Below, piece after piece: positions 58,101 to 64,000 of a stretch of 64,000 nt of DNA; positions within the stretch are counted from its first letter, which is position 1, and each line of letters begins with the position of its first letter. Below the pieces are notes generated by a model. That model had not been told where the DNA came from and made no database searches. It was given only the letters and a program-made list of their open reading frames with translations. Position numbers and translations under genes: made by a program. Source of the stretch: a virus (Duplodnaviria > Caudoviricetes); IMG/VR virus record IMGVR_UViG_3300038345_000103, positions 11,255 through 75,254 of that record. The stretch is one strand, 5' to 3'.

Positions 58101-61100
58101 GCTAACGCTGCCGCTCTGATATATCGTATAAAATCCTGAAATGACATATATTGAGCAATCATACGGGCAGATGCCTGAGAAATATCATTCTTAATCATTC
58201 CAAAGAATGAACGTCCCGTCTGACCGGTTTTTATCATTTCATTTTTAAGTTCAAGGAAACGATTGGTGAGTGCTCTAACTTGCTCCTGTGAAGCTCCTGT
58301 GTTTAAAGCCTCTTGTAATGAAGCATTAAGAGAATCAAACTGTCCACGTAAATCCTTAGACATTTTGGTATTATCAGCGAGAGTACTACTAACATCACCT
58401 AATAATTTTGTTATCTTTGTTTCATTACCAATCTTTTCAAACTGAGTATCTATCCCTTTTAATGTATCCAAATACTCTTTTAACTTTTGAGTATTAGTTT
58501 CATCAAAATAATTCTTTTGAGAAAGAGCATCAAGGCTTTGTTGTACTACACCCACAGATTCAGGCGAATATTTACCGGAATCAATTTTACTCTGTAGTTT
58601 ATCTCTTACATTTGTAATATTTGTTCTTAACTCTTTCCCTAACAAAACCTGAGCTTCTTGTTGAGCCAAAAGTCTAGTCTCTTCATAAGTCGTCCTAGCC
58701 TTCTCAAGCTCTTTCGTACGCTCTTTAACAATGCTTAATATCTCATTCTCAGTTTCACGCTGTTCCTGAAGATTGCTAAGCGTCTTTGATTCAGTTTTAG
58801 ATAATTCAATGCCAATTCCGCGTTTAGCCGCTAAGCTTTGGAATTGACGTTCATTTTTAATAAGACGATTATAATACTGAACTGCCTGTTTAACATTGGC
58901 GGCGTTTTCATCTTTAGCCTGTTTAGTCTTTTTGGTTTGCTTTGCTTTGTTGACAGTCTTGACATCATCAACGGCACCCTTTAACTGACCAACAACATTA
59001 ACCTCATCACCAACAACGCCCTTAACAACAGACCCCTCAGCCTTAAAAGCTTCCGTCTTTTCATTCGTTGCTTTAGTAACACTTTCAACGCTCTCTCTTA
59101 AATGGTCAAAGCCCTTAGCTTCTTTTTCGACGCTCTTATCAGATTTGCCTGTCGTCGATTTAAGAGATTTCATTTTATCAAATTGCTCTTGATATTCATT
59201 AGCAACTTGTTTAGCTAATGCAAGACTTGTACTTAAAGCCTCATTCTGTTCTTGAAGAGCCTTAGCCTGCTTTTCAGTCTCTTTAAGAGTCTTCTCTGCT
59301 TCTTCTCTGGCTTCAAACTCTTGGTCGGCTCTTTCTTTAGCCCTAGCTTCTTCACGTGCAGCGATATTACTCATATCTTCATAAAAGCTTGCACGCCCCT
59401 CTGCTTCTTTGCGAGCCCGACGTTCTGCTTCAACAGATGCCTCAAGCGTATCATTAAGTTCCTTTTGTCTACCTAACTCTTCATCAACAAAAGTATAAAA
59501 ACGCTGGTCTTCTTCCATCTCTTCATGCATAGCGTCAATCTGCTTTTGACGTTCTTCGCTTTGTTCTTTAAGTTCGGCATTTTGTTGTTGCAATTCTTCG
59601 GTTATCTGTTTTTGTTTGTTAAGTTCTTCATCAAGATACCCCGCCGAACCCAAACTACGATTCAATTCCGTCTGTAATGAATCAGCCTCACTTCGATAAG
59701 AATCGGATTCTTCTTTGAGCAAAGCATTGCGTTCTTGTAGTTCTTCATTTTGTGCACGAAGTTCTTCAGTAATCTGTCTTTGCTGTTGTAACTCATCAGA
59801 AATTAAGTCTTCTCTGGTATTGGCATCACCAAGTTCATCTAAGGCAGATTTATAATCTCTATTGGCTTGGTCGAGTTCGTCTTTTACTGCACTAAGTTCT
59901 TCTTCGGTATGAGCCGCTTCATCTGCCAATGCATGTAATTGTTGTTGATATGATTCAGCACTTTCTTCGGCTTCTTTAAGTTTGGATTTAGTTTCTGCAA
60001 GTTCAGATTGAAAATTTCTATTAGACATGTTGTCAAAATCATATCCAATATTTTCTAAATATGTATGAGCCTTAGGCAGCGTTGCAAGAAAATCATTCCA
60101 AGCATCTGTTTTAGTAAATTCATTTGCCTGTTCCCAAGATATAAATTTATCCTTAAATTGTTCGATTTCCGGATATCGTTTTAACATCTTTGATATATCA
60201 TAATTATAATCTTTGATATATTCTGGATTTTTTTCGATTTTTAATTCATTGGTAACATCTACAAAATCTTTAAATTTAGATGTAATATTTTCAACATACC
60301 TTCGACTTTCTGATAAGTCTTGTGCAAAATGTTGTCTTAACGACTCGCTTTTACTTTCTATATGTGATATTTCATCACTAATTCCTTCAAATTCAGAGGT
60401 TAAATTAAAAATATTAGCGCGAAGTTGAGAATCATTATTATTCCTACCAATTTTCCATATTTCGTCAATATAATCGCCATAACCTTCGTCATACTTTAAT
60501 CTGCTTCTATATTGTCCATAATCATCATGTACAAAATTGCCACCATCATTACCCCATTGTCCTTGAACAACACTAATACTATCAAAGAAATAAGTAGCAA
60601 GTTTTTGAAGTTCTTGTAATTTCTTTTCAATTTCTTCAGTTTGAGGCAAAAGTTTAAGTCGATTAATTTCCTCTATTGTATTTTTATAATTTTCCAAATA
60701 AACAATATCATGTTGGACAATATTATCAAACTCTTGCGTAGGCGACGATTGAGCAGTCTCTCCAGTTCGACCAGATGCTTCGCCAATTTCTAAAAGAGTT
60801 CTTTTAAATTCAAGAGCCGCAATATTTGCTTGCTGAAATCTTGCTTTACCCTCTGTTCCAATATCGGCAATAACACTTTGAACCATATTATAATCATCCG
60901 GTTGGAGAAGTTCTTTAGTGCCATCTACAAAAGTTACTAAAATACTTTCGTAATTCTTTAATTCTTCTGTTGCTTTCTTAGCAGCATCCTGCCCAAATAA
61001 ATCAGGATTATCTCTTTGATTTACCAAATCAACAACATCTTGTAACTTACGATATTCTTCATCACTTATCTCTGGAAAAAGAGGCGATATTTGCTTTGAC

Positions 61101-63157
61101 TGTTTACTAACCTTGACTATTTCTTCTCCAAGGTCACTCATATCTTCAGTTGTTTCTTTTATACTCAAATCTAATTTAGAAGCAATCTTATCATCCATTG
61201 CTGCAAGATATGCATCTACATCATCTTCATTAATTATTGACTTTGTAACCATCGCAGGCTTTGCAGATTCAATAAGTTGGTCAAGCATTTTTATATCATT
61301 ATTGATAGATGTTTGCATTTTCTTATCAACTGAAGAAAAATCCGCTTCACCCTTTAATCGTTGTAATTCATCACGAAATTCAGTTATCTGACTAATTGCT
61401 TCATCAGAATTATCCATAAGAGTAAATGGAGCCGTAGACAAATCTACATTTGAATTAATCCATTCTCCAACCATCTTTTCATATTCAGACAGTTCTTCAG
61501 AAAACCCTTTAACCATTCCCTGAATTGCGGCTTTACCCGCCTCTTCGCCGGCTTTTTCAATATCGTCTGTACGGTCTGTTAATTCTTCAACTACGCCATT
61601 AATAACATTATCAGCCGCCTGTCTAGCCTTTTCAGAAGGAGAATGTGAATCAGTAGCCTTATTAAAACTTTCTGCAAACTTATCATAAAAACCCTGAGCA
61701 AAAGGAATTTTTTCAAGGTCTTTATTCATTTCTTCACACTCTGCTTCAATTTCTCCAACAACGCCACCTCGGAAATCATCAAGAAAATCTTCAACTCCTT
61801 GATACATAGCAGGTTTTAAATCCAAGTCAATAAATCCAAAACCCTTTTCTTTATCATAAAAAATATTAGACATATTAATATCAACACCTATGCCTAATTC
61901 TTGAAGCTTTTTAATATCCTCAGCAAATCTGTTAATCTGTTCCTCAGTTGCATCTAAGAAATCCCAATTAATAAAGTCAACACCATTACCAAGTGTTTCA
62001 CCACTCATTTTTTCTTGGATTTCCATAAACACTCTTGAACCATCATTAATAACATCAATGATTCTTGAAACATTAACACCTTTTTTATAAGCTTCATCAA
62101 GTTTTGTCATTAACGCCTGACTATTTTGTAAGCTTTCTTCAGTATTATTTCTTAATAAAACAACCGTATCTTCTCCAATAATACCGCCCTCATTTGTATG
62201 CCCTTGATTAACCAGCTTTAAACTCTCAGTCTCCTTATTAATAAGTTTTAATTCCTCTAAAGATTCTCTGAGTTTTGCATTAGTAGTATCAAGTCCCGCA
62301 ACATCGCCAACCTTTTTAATCTCATCAAAAAGATTTTTATAAGCATCTGCAATATGTTGGTCTGCAGCCGCATCGCCTAATGACTCAACAGTTTTGCTCA
62401 TTTCCTTTAAAGACTCTTGTGTTTTTGCTACACTAACACCTGAACTTTCTAGCAAACCGTTGATAACATCACGAATCTGATTCTCCGTTGCATTTTTAGG
62501 CAAATTTTGTCTAATAGTATTAACTACATTCTTAGCTATTTCAGTTGTAGCCCTGTAATCTTTTATCTTATCCTGAATTGCTATATACCATTCCTGATAA
62601 GTCTGAGAAGCCTTAGTAAATTTTGCTTCTAAATCAGAGCCTATTTTATATTCACCGGAATCCTTACCACCAAGACCAACTCTCAACTCATTCATTAAGT
62701 CATCATATGCATCTTCCCATGACTCTTTAAACTGGTCAGGAAATTTAAACTTACGTGTCTTAGCAACAGTCATTGCTTGGAAAAATTCATCTGTAAATTC
62801 CTGAGCGGCTTCTTTGCCATATTCCTTTGATACTTTTATCATATTCTCAAAGGCTGATTTAATTTTAATATTCAATGACTTTTCGTTGAGCTTCATATAA
62901 TTACCTATATCAAACTCACCCAATTCAGCTTTTACTTCTTTCTTAACACCATTTAAAGCTTCAAATAATCCTTTGCTAAGTGCAAGCTGAAATGATTTAG
63001 AATCCCAATCAATATCATCTAATTTTAAATTATATCGAGATAATGCTTTTTTAATAATACCTTCAAAGTCTATTTTACTCAATCTGTCTGTCAAACCAGA
63101 TTCAACACTATCTGCTATTTCATTCCATATAGCACTATAATCATAAGTATTATTCAT
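52181..63157 (-). CDS. tail tape measure protein, 3658 aa
   Basis: TP901-type core (LNSALNQLRIVSGES..ALKVLSMRLRG); long coiled coils; HSPS motif; kinase-like insert near the N-terminus. Confidence 0.92.
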   Translation of the reverse strand: MNNTYDYSAIWNEIADSVESGLTDRLSKIDFEGIIKKALSRYNLKLDDIDWDSKSFQLALSKGLFEALNGVKKEVKAELGEFDIGNYMKLNEKSLNIKIKSAFENMIKVSKEYGKEAAQEFTDEFFQAMTVAKTRKFKFPDQFKESWEDAYDDLMNELRVGLGGKDSGEYKIGSDLEAKFTKASQTYQEWYIAIQDKIKDYRATTEIAKNVVNTIRQNLPKNATENQIRDVINGLLESSGVSVAKTQESLKEMSKTVESLGDAAADQHIADAYKNLFDEIKKVGDVAGLDTTNAKLRESLEELKLINKETESLKLVNQGHTNEGGIIGEDTVVLLRNNTEESLQNSQALMTKLDEAYKKGVNVSRIIDVINDGSRVFMEIQEKMSGETLGNGVDFINWDFLDATEEQINRFAEDIKKLQELGIGVDINMSNIFYDKEKGFGFIDLDLKPAMYQGVEDFLDDFRGGVVGEIEAECEEMNKDLEKIPFAQGFYDKFAESFNKATDSHSPSEKARQAADNVINGVVEELTDRTDDIEKAGEEAGKAAIQGMVKGFSEELSEYEKMVGEWINSNVDLSTAPFTLMDNSDEAISQITEFRDELQRLKGEADFSSVDKKMQTSINNDIKMLDQLIESAKPAMVTKSIINEDDVDAYLAAMDDKIASKLDLSIKETTEDMSDLGEEIVKVSKQSKQISPLFPEISDEEYRKLQDVVDLVNQRDNPDLFGQDAAKKATEELKNYESILVTFVDGTKELLQPDDYNMVQSVIADIGTEGKARFQQANIAALEFKRTLLEIGEASGRTGETAQSSPTQEFDNIVQHDIVYLENYKNTIEEINRLKLLPQTEEIEKKLQELQKLATYFFDSISVVQGQWGNDGGNFVHDDYGQYRSRLKYDEGYGDYIDEIWKIGRNNNDSQLRANIFNLTSEFEGISDEISHIESKSESLRQHFAQDLSESRRYVENITSKFKDFVDVTNELKIEKNPEYIKDYNYDISKMLKRYPEIEQFKDKFISWEQANEFTKTDAWNDFLATLPKAHTYLENIGYDFDNMSNRNFQSELAETKSKLKEAEESAESYQQQLHALADEAAHTEEELSAVKDELDQANRDYKSALDELGDANTREDLISDELQQQRQITEELRAQNEELQERNALLKEESDSYRSEADSLQTELNRSLGSAGYLDEELNKQKQITEELQQQNAELKEQSEERQKQIDAMHEEMEEDQRFYTFVDEELGRQKELNDTLEASVEAERRARKEAEGRASFYEDMSNIAAREEARAKERADQEFEAREEAEKTLKETEKQAKALQEQNEALSTSLALAKQVANEYQEQFDKMKSLKSTTGKSDKSVEKEAKGFDHLRESVESVTKATNEKTEAFKAEGSVVKGVVGDEVNVVGQLKGAVDDVKTVNKAKQTKKTKQAKDENAANVKQAVQYYNRLIKNERQFQSLAAKRGIGIELSKTESKTLSNLQEQRETENEILSIVKERTKELEKARTTYEETRLLAQQEAQVLLGKELRTNITNVRDKLQSKIDSGKYSPESVGVVQQSLDALSQKNYFDETNTQKLKEYLDTLKGIDTQFEKIGNETKITKLLGDVSSTLADNTKMSKDLRGQFDSLNASLQEALNTGASQEQVRALTNRFLELKNEMIKTGQTGRSFFGMIKNDISQASARMIAQYMSFQDFIRYIRAAALAVTDLNSALNQLRIVSGESEASVNRVGREAYELANNLGMSTTEVVSSITEWRRLGKTIDESMILAEQAARLSTGGMMDISSATTALVSSMQAFEMKAEDINKVVDQYIFLGNNYSITSEALATSLTKSMAALKVAGNSLEQIEALEIAGNTIMQDADAVSNALKVLSMRLRGTTGSALEEIGEDTEGLIEDFSKLNNKIKDLTKTVNNPSGVTIVDQITGGYKSTYQILLEISKVWEDIGDMQKAELLEIMAGKVRGAAAASILESPELLESAYADAMNNAAGAGERAVETSMESIEKRANVLKNDLKQLAIEVLDSDSIKNIIDSLDGLINDIRATGADVMPVISAAMDLLSLAFKVLKIAPVGGIVGGILTAKGVFGGSNGLNRGTIGLGAKLFGLEMPKVAISKQDMAIINESVKGVLSYDEACARLNESMSSLSPTTQVFLKDQMESNVETKAVTDACEEQARATKALSIAQGLLNAAFSIGISIAVSYALRGLSAIIHYEENARKETREMLNALKDSTEEYKRQTQTINDFIAKYNEYHDVLSDTGATEADIFTAKQSMYDLQEDINEQYGITAAGLDLVNGKYQDQLDLLNGIENKQRNAYIAENAGAYQSAQEAINDRKYISELIGSSSYNSGYRAKLFITFLDDLLKQHNADFDTVNVQDFKDIIDTTIADFASGNRASAEALVKNAGLSEEYIDVYQEMLEDLGKVWGEIINNTESALNNALDAENLIAEYEKVLIANDPASTALYNKLNDYLKQLNEAYASGDYSEYQRLYEITKNYLEGASHLIPYDSIVNNIETQLDNINTAYEKQVAQELAEAQNIRERAQHILSSKILGWENGVQNPNRQFTHMGYYGDPNYGAPLKWNQEEIKSAFEDLKVDTWEEINLFDEVIKEAVEEGMHDVNDLFDLYKKRLKELKREKTEVFDYTEWLNKDSNVKNGDTAYTNNALIDAYKGSLEQLTDFIRNDREGQIQVDFGDIVRTTANDDLFKALGMEGFEKYIDQFGEDYMAIFAYIDDAEARLTNSLDMNARDKNLLLRSLHNIKIEALGGSESIYKLRDSYAELNGQTDSSISDSINKINAGAKLTYKEMTEIIDKYPDLKDAVVKYSNDSYSIQEENIKDLIKSYAGMSNEYVSYMAEMYKATIRLSWAQQGLMRSVDDARRIYHEALEKRAPLNNLFGENTGEVIEAIKFLEELEGMEWLPTNDNDKGTEESKANLDWLEQYLEKRNRLVEEKNKEYENLMKMTMSGKNIEGSYYDQRKAAMQAANVVLEEQRKAYQVAEEEYMRRMTSGVLYNDLVEAAGGKKAATALVNKIMAGESINLESMSSELSSAISAMVDNWNNKRDAAKKQIEIGIQIKDNDLAQKKEDIERIVNKYDRVLKEYEQRQKSLEHYQTMRTTEGLMQNEQLIIAQINSQTKALASNIAERDQLTAELKSFIPTTEDELKHWYDLKGQIDETTNAIYANQEAIASWQNEIKKLEWELDDKINQLRYKVTDEADFLINNLSSNDMYQYVREFLGNDAEKTKLYNGVLSDEGLATLGMHIVKRRAYYEEIKDYNKRIAEAEELYLKDTANVENLERLDTLRSEQRQIIENYNDEKQAVVDLVKEGYDKQLESLDALINKYMEALNAEKNLYDYQKNIEKQTKNIANLRKQMAAYANDTSEEARMKLQQLTVQLQEAEEGRSDTEYDRRLQDQQAILDRMYQSLEDYFNDKLENTDAILNEAKNLVRDNIPAVKKTLDDSLVYSKQATVQLTETMNNVLNGSIQDVNGSIAVMDGDVSRIRESVLKITPELQDYYKQYSDEKINRSELYANIESLAGSAKQFNLNLEALARKFDADVVKETKNPSALTKTTSSTVTTTSGVKLQSVSSDVLNSAAFQQAYNQGLYAIYNAMSQRGLDFNRAASSVYGMPNSVNYNMSINLENVTDYASFIDECKKNKSFEYLIQSMTYNMLNSNSNSLRKYK

Positions 63158-63174
63158 TGTAACACCTCCATTTA

Positions 63175-63783
63175 TTACTTAATTATATTTTTCCAACGCT
63201 TAGTATAATTGCCCCATAAAGAATAAAATGCTTTACTGGAGATATTATTCCATTCTTTATCAAATTGCATAAAAGCATCATATATAGTTCCACCGTTAAA
63301 ATGTATATACGTTCCTTTATATTCCATAGTATGAGGATTAACCATCATTGGGTCATATCGCTTTCCACCATTAGTAGAAAATCCAAATGGGAACCTTATA
63401 CCATGCATTACACTATCTAATACATGTTCAGGTGTATCATATTCATATCCACCTTGCATACCCTCGGCTGAAAAAGCTATATTAAGTGTCGGACTTTTTT
63501 TACCATTATTACGTATAGTAATTTTACTATCATCTCCACCGGCTAACAGATTAGTACCCTCTTGAGTTCCAGCAAATGGTTCTCCATGTCTTATGTAACT
63601 TGTAGTTTTATATTCATAAAACTGTTGAATTAATGTTTTATACATATTTAAAGCTTCTTTTCGCATCTTTGGATTAATCTTTTTAGCGCAATCAATAAAG
63701 TCATTTCTAGCCTGTTTCATAACTTGTCTTACAGTTCCTTTAATCGTACTATTCGCACGTTTTCTCTCTGTCATAATTTTCAC
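63175..63783 (-). CDS. late-region hypothetical protein
   Basis: directly upstream of the TMP gene. Confidence 0.6.
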   Translation of the reverse strand: MKIMTERKRANSTIKGTVRQVMKQARNDFIDCAKKINPKMRKEALNMYKTLIQQFYEYKTTSYIRHGEPFAGTQEGTNLLAGGDDSKITIRNNGKKSPTLNIAFSAEGMQGGYEYDTPEHVLDSVMHGIRFPFGFSTNGGKRYDPMMVNPHTMEYKGTYIHFNGGTIYDAFMQFDKEWNNISSKAFYSLWGNYTKRWKNIIK

Positions 63784-63788
63784 CTTGC

Positions 63789-63817
63789 TTGACTTTCCTT
63801 AAAAAATATGATATATA
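63789..63817 (+). promoter_or_regulatory. sigma-A promoter oriented against the late operon
   Basis: TTGACT-17 nt-TATATA with extended TG. Confidence 0.55.
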
Positions 63818-63846
63818 AATAATACCAAACAAAGGAGGTATTACTT

Positions 63847-64000
63847 ATGAATCTACATTTTGTAAAACAAACATTTGAAAAAGAATTTGCATACGAAATT
63901 GTTAATTTAGATACTCTTAAAACAGTTTTTTACAACAATCGAAGGAATCTTATTCCAAATGAATTATTAAAAAATAAACTTGTTAATTTATTATATGCGG
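63847..64000 (+). CDS. moron-like gene, 3'-truncated by the window end
   Basis: RBS AAAGGAGG; frame open to the end of the window; very AT-rich. Confidence 0.55.
   Translation, partial: MNLHFVKQTFEKEFAYEIVNLDTLKTVFYNNRRNLIPNELLKNKLVNLLYA

Noticed and set aside
59200-60000. Tandem repeat array in the TMP
   Set aside because: The periodicity is coiled-coil heptad composition, not DNA-level repeats.
1-64000. CRISPR array
   Set aside because: No regularly spaced repeat-spacer run seen.
1-64000. Stop-codon reassignment
   Set aside because: Long genes are intact under code 11, and TAA, TGA and TAG all end genes. The only break (dnaE) is explained by an intron.

Overview
This window is the central part of a large, AT-rich temperate siphophage with SPbeta-like gene order, probably infecting a gut Bacillota (Clostridia-type) host; the host is an inference. 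The + strand (1-38.2 kb) carries early/accessory genes (HicA-like, DUF932, Dam-family MTase plus PD-(D/E)XK nuclease), a yopP/yopQ/yopR(MrpR)-like switch module, and replication genes (SSB-like, AAA_24 ATPase, DnaB, primase, and DnaE split by a group I intron encoding a NUMOD4-HNH endonuclease). It also carries many small ORFs, tRNA-Gln, a tRNA-like RNA with a long insert, and an integrase followed by an apparently intact attP. The - strand (38.4-63.8 kb) carries late genes: a 3658-aa tape measure protein, Dit, a large tail protein, receptor-binding-type genes, two glycosyltransferases, a further tyrosine recombinase, a holin and a beta-helix protein. Four observations stand out. (1) One glycine-rich adhesin domain is split collinearly over three separately translated tail genes, with in-frame microhomologies at the module junctions, as if permuted cassettes had been integrated. 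(2) The tape measure protein contains a protein-kinase-like domain. (3) GATC is nearly absent even though a Dam-like MTase and a nuclease are encoded. (4) A tRNA scaffold carries a structured insert of about 110 nt. All family assignments come from motif recognition by eye; no database search was run.
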